Shown here piece after piece: positions 54,876 to 62,896 of a stretch of DNA of 64,000 bases. Position 1 is the stretch's first letter. Every line of letters starts with the position of its first letter. Source of the stretch: a virus (lineage: Duplodnaviria; Caudoviricetes); the IMG/VR virus record IMGVR_UViG_3300037755_000349, positions 8,068 through 72,067 of that record. One strand, 5' to 3'. The position numbers and the translations under genes were made by a program. The notes beneath the pieces were generated by a model that was given only the letters and a program-made list of their open reading frames with translations, was not told the DNA's origin and ran no database searches.

Positions 54876-55186
54876 AACGAGGAAGCAAATGATGATCGAC
54901 AACGATGGCATCGAGGATCTGGGGAGCGTGACAGAGGAAACCAAGCAGACGGCACCCTGGCCGCCTTATTACTGGGATTGGTTGTACGGCTATGGAACCG
55001 AACCATGGTGATGCTGTGAAGCAGATCCAGATCACGAAGGCATGAACTTGGACGGGCGACGATGCGGCTTCGGAGGTTGCGCCCGGCCGGCGGCGATCCG
55101 GCATCCATATGACCTCAGTGCGCGTTAGTCATGAGTGGCGCTCCGCTAATTAACCATGACAGTCCGCAGCGTGCCCTCCTTCACGC

Positions 55187-55531
55187 GTGGCGGACACCTA
55201 CCCTTTGGAGAACAGCGTGGATTTGAAAAGCACCCTGGAGTACTTGGCCGTCAACGCACCGGAAATCGGCCGCCTGCGCGAGCGCGGCGACAAGCTCGCC
55301 GGCAGAGTGTATCGCGCGTACCGGCACTGCTACGACCATCGCACCGATGTGAAGGCGCAGAACGAATTGATCACGGTCGTGGAGGACTACATCCGCCGCG
55401 ACTTGAACATCGCCGCGGCGAAGGATCTCGCCGACCGTTACGGCCACAAGCACGTTGACGATCCGATCATCATTCCCGATCCGATAAAGGTGCAGCATGC
55501 CGTCCGTGACGCTCTTCGAAGGAGACATTGA
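55187..55531 (+). CDS. hypothetical protein
   Basis: 114-aa ORF in the operon. Confidence 0.5.
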   Translation: MADTYPLENSVDLKSTLEYLAVNAPEIGRLRERGDKLAGRVYRAYRHCYDHRTDVKAQNELITVVEDYIRRDLNIAAAKDLADRYGHKHVDDPIIIPDPIKVQHAVRDALRRRH

Positions 55532-55533
55532 CG

Positions 55534-55839
55534 ATGTTTCGTAACCGGCGCCTGTTGGACCTGGCGCATCGGATCACGGAATGTACGATCAACATCCCCG
55601 GCTGCCACGGCCATGCACCGAACGGCTGCGAGCCGGCGCATTCAAATTGGCATGAACACGGGAAAGGGAAATCACTGAAGGCGCACGATTGTTTCTTCGC
55701 CGCGGCCTGTCATTCATGCCACGTTGAGTTAGATCAGGGATCGCGGTACGCGCGAGAAGAAAAAAAAGAATTCTGGCAGCGCGGCCATGCCCGCACGCTG
55801 CTGATCTTGTGGGAACGTGGATGGATCAAAGTAACCTGA
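55534..55839 (+). CDS. His-Cys nuclease-like protein (YbcO/DUF1364-like)
   Basis: C.I.IPGC...AHSN...GKG...KAHD...A.AC..CH..LD. Confidence 0.7.
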   Translation: MFRNRRLLDLAHRITECTINIPGCHGHAPNGCEPAHSNWHEHGKGKSLKAHDCFFAAACHSCHVELDQGSRYAREEKKEFWQRGHARTLLILWERGWIKVT

Positions 55840-56282
55840 TAGATCAACGCTTCGCGTCTTTGGTGGTCGTGAATCTCGCATTCATCCGACGCACGGGGCG
55901 CGCAAACGTCCGTTATTGGACGTGCAGATGTGACTGTGGAAAGCAGGTGATCGTGCGCGGGCACCACATGGCGAGCGGGCATACAAAGAGCTGCGGCTGC
56001 CGAAAGACCACGGCCGCCGGAAAATCAAAGAGCCGAGAATATAACTCGTGGAAGCACATGATCGGCCGGTGCGAAGACAAGAACCACGCGAAATACCAGG
56101 ACTACGGCGCCCGAGGCATTCGCGTCTGTGAGCGGTGGCATGACTTCAACAATTTTCTTGCGGACATGGGGCCGAGGCCGAAAGGCACGACGCTCGACCG
56201 CATTAAGGGAGAGCGAGACTATGAGCCAGACAACTGCCGGTGGACGGACGCGAAAACGCAAAGACACAACCGTTGCCGCTGA
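55809..56282 (+). CDS. HNH homing endonuclease
   Basis: W.CRCDCG...SCGC...Y..W..M..RC...YGARGI.VCERW..F.NFL.DMG.RP...TLDRI...Y.PDNCRW. Confidence 0.85.
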   Translation: MGTWMDQSNLIDQRFASLVVVNLAFIRRTGRANVRYWTCRCDCGKQVIVRGHHMASGHTKSCGCRKTTAAGKSKSREYNSWKHMIGRCEDKNHAKYQDYGARGIRVCERWHDFNNFLADMGPRPKGTTLDRIKGERDYEPDNCRWTDAKTQRHNRCR

Positions 56283-56838
56283 AACCGGGCAATTGCCGCT
56301 GGAGGTTCGCCTAGCCGCGAGTGCCGTGGAAAGTTCGCCAAACGATGACCCGCCGGATCGAGCGCGACTTATCCTAGGCCCGATGATGATGCCGATCCCG
56401 CCGACGATGAACACGTACTGGCGCACGCGGATCGTGAAGATGAAGAACCCCTCGCCCAAGCAGCTCAAGTTCACCGGCGGCTACTCCGCAGTGACGTACA
56501 CCAGCGAGGACGGCAAGCACTACGCCGAGCAGATCAAGGAGCGATTCTTCTCGATGGAACCGCGGCCTGCGATGTCCTCCTCGGCGCTGTGCATCGAGGT
56601 CGTGGTGTGCTTTGCGACGAACGCGCGCCAGGACATCGACAACCGCGTGAAGCCGCTGCTCGATGCGCTCAAGGGCGCCGGCCTGATGCAGGACGATACG
56701 CAGGTGATCGACTTGCGGGTGCGACGCGGGCCGGTGATCAAGGAGGGCCGCGTGGTGGTGCGAGTGTGGGAGGTGGTGCCGAACTATGACCGCGCTCTAT
56801 ATGACACCGGATGGGGTAGACTCGCGGTGTCGCCGTAG
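56221..56838 (+). CDS. rusA: RusA-family Holliday junction resolvase
   Basis: PPTMNTYWR...DIDNRVKPLLDAL...DDTQV. Confidence 0.85.
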   Translation: MSQTTAGGRTRKRKDTTVAAETGQLPLEVRLAASAVESSPNDDPPDRARLILGPMMMPIPPTMNTYWRTRIVKMKNPSPKQLKFTGGYSAVTYTSEDGKHYAEQIKERFFSMEPRPAMSSSALCIEVVVCFATNARQDIDNRVKPLLDALKGAGLMQDDTQVIDLRVRRGPVIKEGRVVVRVWEVVPNYDRALYDTGWGRLAVSP

Positions 56839-56884
56839 CCTCCCTACGAGCGATTTCTTGGAGTCGCTGTACTCATGGGGCGTC

Positions 56885-57127
56885 TCAGGGCGCCCCAATT
56901 TTCTCCAGCCGATCGAGCTGCGCTGTCGCGTTGTTGCAAGCGTGGATGTACGAGCGCCTGGCGCTTGCGAGGATCTCTTCCGATGCACCCTGTCGATTGA
57001 GCAACACGAGCTTGTTCTGCCAATGTCGGGTCGTGCGCCACCAACGGACATACAACCTGCCCTCGATGCCGCTATGGCGGGCCTGCTGGATGAACGCGTG
57101 GATGTCCGAGTACAGTGCTTGCGTCAT
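56885..57127 (-). CDS. possible antisense-oriented hypothetical protein
   Basis: Only sizeable ORF filling the rusA-terS gap. Confidence 0.3.
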   Translation of the reverse strand: MTQALYSDIHAFIQQARHSGIEGRLYVRWWRTTRHWQNKLVLLNRQGASEEILASARRSYIHACNNATAQLDRLEKIGAP

Positions 57128-57149
57128 GGCAATTTGAGAGTAGCAGGCA

Positions 57150-57896
57150 ATGGCCCCGAAAGCAGCGCATGTAAAAAAGCCCAACACACGCGCCATGGCC
57201 AGATCTCGATCCGCAGAGATGCGCGAGAAGCTGTGCCACGAATATGTAAAAGACTACAACGCCTATGCTGCGGCGCTGCGAGCCGGTTTCAGCGAGTCGA
57301 TGGCGAAGACGAAGTCGGGCGCCATGGTGAAGCAGATGATGCCCTACATCTCGAAGCTCCAGGCCAAGAAGAACGACCAGCTCGTGCGTCGCGGCGTCAT
57401 GACGCAGGACGAAGTACTCCAGGGGATGAGCAACATCGGTCGAGTGAACCCGCTCGACTACATTCGCATCGTGTCGATTACCAAGGGCAAGAAAACCGTG
57501 CTGGCGACGCAGCTCAAGGACATCACCGAGCTGACGCGCGAACAGGCCGATGCGATCACGGAAATCACCGAGCACGGTGGCCAGGTCACGTACAAGCTAC
57601 CTGGCGTGTCGGAGAAGATGGCGGCGCGCGCGTTTATCGGAAAGCACTGGGGCATCACCGATCCGAAGCTGGTCAACCTGCGCATCACGCAGAACATCAC
57701 GATGAACGCCGAGCTGAAGGACGTGGACACCGACAAGCTCGAAGAGCTGGAATCGCGCATGATCGAGCTGCTCGGGCCAGCAGCTCGCCGACTGTTGGGG
57801 TATCGACCAGGTGACGAAGACCAGGAACAGGCGCCCCTTGAAATCGCAGACGGGGCACTCGACAGCGACGATGACGAGGACGACGAGGACCGATGA
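57150..57896 (+). CDS. terS: terminase small subunit
   Basis: EYVKDYNAYAAALRAGFS HTH; helical body; KxxA..FIGKHWG motif. Confidence 0.8.
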   Translation: MAPKAAHVKKPNTRAMARSRSAEMREKLCHEYVKDYNAYAAALRAGFSESMAKTKSGAMVKQMMPYISKLQAKKNDQLVRRGVMTQDEVLQGMSNIGRVNPLDYIRIVSITKGKKTVLATQLKDITELTREQADAITEITEHGGQVTYKLPGVSEKMAARAFIGKHWGITDPKLVNLRITQNITMNAELKDVDTDKLEELESRMIELLGPAARRLLGYRPGDEDQEQAPLEIADGALDSDDDEDDEDR

Positions 57897-58132
57897 GATC
57901 GTTGCCCCTCGGGGTCGTGGCGATGTTCCTCGCGATCAGATCGAAACATTCGCGCGGTTCGTGATCGGCGAGGGTTATGGCGCCAAAGCACCAGGCAATC
58001 GAGGCTCGGAGCGCTTCCCGAAATACGAGACCTGGCAAGAGACGGGCCGGCGGCTGTTCGGGCCGGTGTTCCTGGAGGTGTTGCGCGGGGAACTGGAGAG
58101 GCAGAAGATTGCGCCTTTCGGAGGTGAGCCAC

Positions 58133-58303
58133 ATGCCGCGGCGTTACAGCGCGATAAAACAATCGGTGCAGAGCCAGAACCCGGACATGAAGATGGCCGA
58201 GGTGAAGACGAGCGCGGCAAAAATCTATGAATCCACACGCAAGCCTCGCGAGCTACACCTCTCCACCGTGCGAGCGATGGAACGCCGCCGCCGTGTTCGG
58301 TGA
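58133..58303 (+). CDS. small basic protein
   Basis: Strong GGAGGTG RBS. Confidence 0.5.
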   Translation: MPRRYSAIKQSVQSQNPDMKMAEVKTSAAKIYESTRKPRELHLSTVRAMERRRRVR

Positions 58304-58454
58304 ACCATGATCGAATCCTGGTCGCGCTGTGCGCCGCCTTTCTTGCACTGCTCCTCGGTGAGTTCATAGCGAACTTCACTCGGCTGGCGGTAGTGCTGCT
58401 GTACTTGGGCGCCGCCGTCTCGCTCCTCCTCGCACTTTACTGGTGGGCTCAACA

Positions 58455-59138
58455 ATGCAAGAAGAACTCTTCCGACTCCTCTCGACGGCGTACAAGAAAC
58501 ACCTCAACGCAACAATCCAGGCGTTAGATATCACTCGCGATCCCGCCGCCGATTCCATCGTGGACGCACCGGCCGGCGTCGACGTGACACCAGAGCGTCC
58601 CGGCCCCTTCGAGGTGCTTACTAGGCTGTCGCTGGAGACGCGCGAGGAGCAGCTCGCGTTCCTGGCGCGCCACGAGGATGCCGAGCGCAACTTCGAGAAG
58701 TTGAACCTCGATCGCACTCGGCTCGGACACATCCGCGAGGATGGGTTCCGCGTCGCTCAGGAGAAGCGGGCGAAGACGGAGAACCCGTATATGCCGGTCA
58801 CGATCGAGCATATCTTCTGGTATCGCGGCTGGTGCCAGGGGATGAACGTGTTCCCGATCACCGAGATCCCGATGCGGGATGTGTTCGAGCTGGATCGGCC
58901 GGTGACGCGATTCAAGGCGAAGTTTCGGATCGACGAGCTACTGAACAAATGCGCAGAAAAAATACTAAGCGTCGAGTATCCGGAGGTTCGGTGGTCGAGC
59001 ATGAGCGATCTGTCGAAGAAGCCGTACCTGCTGAAGGCGGTAGCGTTTCTGGAGGCGATGATGGATCGTGCGCCGTTGGCGCTGACCCATTCGGCGGATG
59101 GTGGGGGCGAATCGTTGCAGTCGTCCGTCTCCGACTGA
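58455..59138 (+). CDS. hypothetical protein
   Basis: 227-aa ORF with phage-like codon use. Confidence 0.6.
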   Translation: MQEELFRLLSTAYKKHLNATIQALDITRDPAADSIVDAPAGVDVTPERPGPFEVLTRLSLETREEQLAFLARHEDAERNFEKLNLDRTRLGHIREDGFRVAQEKRAKTENPYMPVTIEHIFWYRGWCQGMNVFPITEIPMRDVFELDRPVTRFKAKFRIDELLNKCAEKILSVEYPEVRWSSMSDLSKKPYLLKAVAFLEAMMDRAPLALTHSADGGGESLQSSVSD

Positions 59139-59413
59139 TCAAGTGGCTCGCGCAGCACGACGTGGTGCTGGTGAATGCCAGCATCCGCGGCGTGGTCACG
59201 ATCAACGTGAAAGATCGGCCCGTCGTGCGGGTTATCGGGATCAATGGCAAGATCACGCCAACGCCGGACTTCCAGCCATCCAGGCAATACCAAGGCAACA
59301 CCTTGCACTGATGCGCAACATTCAGGCAATATCCTGCCCCATGCGCCAGGGGAACAAAGACGAGCGATAGGGTCTTCCGATTCCGTCCCCCTGCTGCGCA
59401 CGGAGATGGAGCT

Positions 59414-59605
59414 ATGTTCAGAGCCACCTTGATCGTCCGGAAGCCTGGCGGCGAGATCGCGCAGATCGTTGATCTGTCGAGCCTCGATGACGCCAACGTG
59501 ACCGCGCAGGTGAATGCCTTGCGCGCTCGGTTCCCGGTCGACTACAAGATCGACGAGAGCCAGGTTGAAGCCGCTCGCGCCGCATGGAGGGCGCGCGCTG
59601 CGTAA
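59414..59605 (+). CDS. hypothetical protein
   Basis: GGAG RBS; last ORF before the RNA array. Confidence 0.55.
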   Translation: MFRATLIVRKPGGEIAQIVDLSSLDDANVTAQVNALRARFPVDYKIDESQVEAARAAWRARAA

Positions 59606-59661
59606 AAGATAGCAGCTCCTTGAACGGACGGAGAGCGTGGGGCGTCCGAAAGGTTCGATGT

Positions 59662-59791
59662 GGCGTGGTGAAAGAGGTGGGGTACTTCGCCTGTTAAGCG
59701 GGAAACGTCGGTTCGAATCCGGCCGGCGCCTTCGGGTGCTGTCGTCTAGTGGTAGGACGCCTTATAGCTCCCTGTCTCGCCTGTTCCCGCC
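59662..59791 (+). ncRNA. Y-RNA-like (Yrl) permuted tRNA mimic, unit 1
   Basis: GGCG/CGCC terminal helix; anticodon-like arm CGC-CTGTTAA-GCG; T-arm GTCGG-TTCGAAT-CCGGC; 7-bp acceptor-like stem closed by TTCG; D-arm GTCT-AGTGGT-AGGAC. Confidence 0.85.
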
Positions 59792-59802
59792 CGATGATTT
59801 GA

Positions 59803-59953
59803 TTGCGCGTGGTGAAAGAGATCGGTTACTTCACAACCTAGAGGTCACGGGTTCGATCCCCGTCGTCGCTGGATCGGGCGGCGTAGCTCAGTTGGTAGAG
59901 CGCAAGGCAGTAGCCCTTAACTGGGCAAACCGGTTTCGCCTGTTCCCGCGCAA
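59803..59953 (+). ncRNA. Y-RNA-like permuted tRNA mimic, unit 2
   Basis: TTGCGCG/CGCGCAA; 10-bp GAGATCGGTT/AACCGGTTTC; T-arm ACGGG-TTCGATC-CCCGT; closed acceptor stem; D-arm TA-GCTC-AGTTGGTA-GAGC. Confidence 0.88.
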
Positions 59954-59964
59954 GTGATTTGGAT

Positions 59965-60083
59965 GATCGTGGTGATAGAGGTCGGTTACTTCGCTTTTGC
60001 AAGCGACGATGGGGTTCGATTCCCTACCACCGCGCAACGGTGGACCAGGCGGTAGTCAACGCCGATCTCGCCTGTTCCCGATC
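59965..60083 (+). ncRNA. Y-RNA-like permuted tRNA mimic, unit 3
   Basis: GATCG/CGATC; GAGGTCGG/CCGATCTC; arm TCGC-TTTTGCAA-GCGA; T-arm TGGGG-TTCGATT-CCCTA; CCACCG/CGGTGG; degenerate D-arm. Confidence 0.82.
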
Positions 60084-60091
60084 GACGATGT

Positions 60092-60236
60092 GACGTGGTG
60101 ATAGATCGCGAGTTCTTCGCAAGAGGTTGCAGGTTCGAATCCTGTCGGTTGTACCGCAAGGTTCCCAACCGATAGCCCTGGCATCGCGAATGCGGTGATT
60201 GGCTCCAGGGCACACGCGCGGTCGCCAGTTCCCGTC
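60092..60236 (+). ncRNA. Y-RNA-like permuted tRNA mimic, unit 4
   Basis: GACG/CGTC; GATCGCG/CGCGGTC; T-arm GCAGG-TTCGAAT-CCTGT; CGGTTG/CAACCG; GCCCTGG/CCAGGGC. Confidence 0.78.
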
Positions 60237-60284
60237 CAACAAGAATTACATGCGGCGTGGTATTCCCGCCAAAGGAGAGCGACG

Positions 60285-61709
60285 ATGAAGACGAACACGA
60301 AGCGCAAGGCAGTCCCGCCGAAGCGTAATGTCAACGCACGAACTCACGAGGGCGCCCCGGCCGACGCGGCGCCGGCATACATGGAGCTGCGCCGCTCCGT
60401 GCTCTCGTGCATGCTATGGGAAAATGAGTTCTACGAGTCAGGCTCGCAGATCGCGTTGCGGGTGAAGGAGCTTTGCCACCGCGTGACGGCCGACCAGCTC
60501 GCGAACCTCGCGATCAAGGCACGCATCGATTACAAGCTGCGGCACATGCCGCTGTACTTGGCGCGCGAGCTGGTGCGCCATAAGGACGCGGGTCCGAACA
60601 TCGTGGCCGGCACGATCGAGCGCGTCATTCAGCGCGCCGATGAGCTGGCCGAGTTCATGGCGATCTACTGGAAAGAGGGTAAGTGCCCGATCGCCAATGC
60701 CGTGAAGCGTGGCCTGGGCCGCGTCATCAGTAATTTTGATTCGTACCAGCTCGCGAAGTACAACCGCGATAATGCGGTGGCGCTGCGCGACGTGCTGTTC
60801 ATGGTGCACGCCAAGCCGAAGGATATCGGCGATCGCAAGGGCAAGAAGGCCAAGGCGATTGCACGCAAGGGATACAAGCGCGGGGCAACGATGCGGCACA
60901 AGACGCCGCAGGCCATTTCCTACCAGCAGCTCGCCGACGATGAACTGCCGACGCCGGACACCTGGGAGACGAACCTCTCCGGCGGGGCCAACAAGAAGGA
61001 AGTCTTCGAACGCCTGTTGAGCGAGAACAAGCTCGGCTACATGGCGTTGCTGCGTAACCTGCGCAACATGGAGGAGGCGCAAGTCGATCGCCGGTTGATC
61101 GTGCAGCGATTGCGCGAAGGGGCGCCGAAGTCGAAGGCGTTGCCGTTCCGGTTCATCGCCGCCGCGGTGCATGCGCCGCGCTTCGAGGATGTGCTCGATG
61201 AGTGCATGCTGTTGAGCCTGGGCGCGATGGACAAGTTGTCTGGCCGCACGGTGCTGCTGATCGACAACTCCGGCTCGATGTACCAGGAGAAGATCTCGGC
61301 GAAGTCGGAGCTGACTCGCGCGCAGGCAGCGCAGGCGCTGGCTGTCATGGCGCGGGAGATCTGCGAGGAGGTGGTGATCTATGCCTTCTCGAACAAGTGC
61401 GAGCTGGTGCCGCCGCGGCATGGCATTGCCCTGGCGAACGCGGTGCGTGACGCCACCACGCACGGCGGCACGGCCACCGGCGACGCGTTGCGCCTTCTCA
61501 ACGAGAAGGAAGACTACGATCGCATCATCATCTTCACGGACGAGCAGACGAACGACGTGCTCGGCAAGCCGAAGAACGAAGCGGTCGGGTACATCATCAA
61601 CGTCGCATCGAACCAGTACGGGATCGGTGGCGGCAACTTCGTGAAGATCGACGGCTTCTCGGAGCAGGTCCTGCGCTTCATCTCGGTCGTCGAGGCTGGC
61701 GGAGAGTGA
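60285..61709 (+). CDS. rsr: Ro60/TROVE-domain RNA-binding protein (TROVE + vWA)
   Basis: AAAGGAG RBS; THEG..., LRR.VLSCMLWE..FYESG, I.RADEL, F..YQLAKY, TWET.LS, GYMALLRNLRNM, LPFRF; vWA DNSGSM...GGT...FTDEQ. Confidence 0.95.
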   Translation: MKTNTKRKAVPPKRNVNARTHEGAPADAAPAYMELRRSVLSCMLWENEFYESGSQIALRVKELCHRVTADQLANLAIKARIDYKLRHMPLYLARELVRHKDAGPNIVAGTIERVIQRADELAEFMAIYWKEGKCPIANAVKRGLGRVISNFDSYQLAKYNRDNAVALRDVLFMVHAKPKDIGDRKGKKAKAIARKGYKRGATMRHKTPQAISYQQLADDELPTPDTWETNLSGGANKKEVFERLLSENKLGYMALLRNLRNMEEAQVDRRLIVQRLREGAPKSKALPFRFIAAAVHAPRFEDVLDECMLLSLGAMDKLSGRTVLLIDNSGSMYQEKISAKSELTRAQAAQALAVMAREICEEVVIYAFSNKCELVPPRHGIALANAVRDATTHGGTATGDALRLLNEKEDYDRIIIFTDEQTNDVLGKPKNEAVGYIINVASNQYGIGGGNFVKIDGFSEQVLRFISVVEAGGE

Positions 61710-61858
61710 ATTACGCGCACGGTGGGGATGGGTGACCGCCGTGCGGAGAGTGCCGAGGAGCAACCCAAGGCTTCGCGTGGATCAGGGTTAGATCTCCCTG
61801 GGTTATGCGTAGTACGGCCCGCCGCCTTTCCCTACGACGGTCAGCGGCGGGAGTCTTT

Positions 61859-61933
61859 GCCCCTGTAGCTCAGTCGGCAGAGCACTAGGCCCTTCAAGCC
61901 TGGAGGTCGAGAGTTCGATTCTTTCCGGGGGCG
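61859..61933 (+). tRNA. atypical tRNA (Glu-like, TTC) with anticodon arm enlarged by 2 nt
   Basis: GCCCCTG/CGGGGGC acceptor, GCTC/GAGC D-stem, CTAGGC-CCTTCAA-GCCTGG arm, AGGTC variable loop, GAGAG-TTCGATT-CTTTC T-arm; followed by CCCA. Confidence 0.8.
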
Positions 61934-62065
61934 CCCATGACAGCAGCAGCAATGAACACAGGCAGGCGGTGGGCACGTCGATGTACGGGGGATTGTTGCT
62001 GGTTCCTGCCCGGCGATCCGCACTGGGCAAATCACTGTGTTTTCTGTGGTCACCAAAGTGAGGTA

Positions 62066-62413
62066 ATGTCGATGTCGATCAAACTTGAACCTGTTCAGTC
62101 CAGCAACCTGGCCGCGATCGGCTATGACGCCGCCGGCGCGCTGCTCATTGTCGTATTCAGCAACGGCGCGAAGTGGAAGTACGAGGGCGTGCCGGCTGAA
62201 GTGCACCAGGCGCTGATGAACGCCGAGAGCAAGGGCCGCTTCTTCCACACCGACATCAAGCCGAAGTACTCGGCCACGCAGTATGTTGATCAGGCGGCCG
62301 AAGTTGCCGCGGCCTCAACCGACCAGGTGGTCGACGCTCAAGCGCCGGCGGAGGACTCGATCTCCGGAGAAGAGGTCGCGCTCCAGGGATCGACGGAGAC
62401 TACTACCGGATGA
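62066..62413 (+). CDS. KTSC-domain protein
   Basis: GAGGT RBS; PVQSSNL.AIGYD.....V.F.NG..W.Y.GVP..VH..LMNA.SKGRFF...IK. Confidence 0.88.
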   Translation: MSMSIKLEPVQSSNLAAIGYDAAGALLIVVFSNGAKWKYEGVPAEVHQALMNAESKGRFFHTDIKPKYSATQYVDQAAEVAAASTDQVVDAQAPAEDSISGEEVALQGSTETTTG

Positions 62414-62808
62414 AATGCGCCAAGTGCGCAAAGGACGCGATCGTGGTGGCCTGCTACAAGTTCAATGCAGGCCGCCGCGATGGCGTATGGGAGCCGGTCT
62501 ATCTCAACAGTAGGCTCGGCTTCTGTCCGCGGCATCGGCCGCACAGTCCGATGGTATTGATGGACGAGAAGAACTGGCGCCGGATCGAGGAGCACATGCG
62601 CTCGACGGTGTATCCGAACTTGGATCGAGGCAGCGCGCAAGGCTACTGGAAGGAGGTTCGCGATGAGACGCAAGCGACAGAAGTTCGAGGTGACGCCGGC
62701 GCGAGAGGCGGAGATCCGCTCGGACATGGCCAGGTGGGAGCAACGCACCGCCTCGCAGATGAGTCCGCACATGCAGATGTGCGAGGACCTGCTGGCCCTT
62801 CTGGATGA
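62410..62808 (+). CDS. hypothetical Cys-containing protein
   Basis: ATGA coupling; CAKC...FCPRH; end overlaps ORF 62663. Confidence 0.45.
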   Translation: MKCAKCAKDAIVVACYKFNAGRRDGVWEPVYLNSRLGFCPRHRPHSPMVLMDEKNWRRIEEHMRSTVYPNLDRGSAQGYWKEVRDETQATEVRGDAGARGGDPLGHGQVGATHRLADESAHADVRGPAGPSG

Positions 62809-62896
62809 CGCACGCGACATCAACTCGCGGATGATGGCGGAAAAGGTGCGGAACGATCCGGCGTACCAGGACGCGCTCAATAAGGCGACCGCCTAG
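62663..62896 (+). CDS. hypothetical protein
   Basis: GGAGG RBS. Confidence 0.55.
   Translation: MRRKRQKFEVTPAREAEIRSDMARWEQRTASQMSPHMQMCEDLLALLDDARDINSRMMAEKVRNDPAYQDALNKATA

Noticed and set aside
59622-59656. Possible fifth small RNA upstream of the array (GAAC-GGACG...CGTCC-GAAAG-GTTC hairpin)
   Set aside because: It lacks the shared terminal motifs and tRNA arms; one hairpin in GC-rich DNA is not enough evidence.
59662-60236. CRISPR-like array
   Set aside because: The repeats are split terminal motifs around structured tRNA-like interiors of 119-151 nt, not identical direct repeats with unique spacers, and there are no cas genes.
59662-60236. Ordinary tRNA cluster
   Set aside because: The arms are in T-acceptor-D order, with the acceptor closed by a loop and no free CCA end, so these cannot be canonical tRNAs.
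61890-61903. Opal-suppressor (UCA) reading of the atypical tRNA
   Set aside because: Centring the loop on CT-TCA-AG breaks the anticodon stem pairing; the paired register centres TTC.
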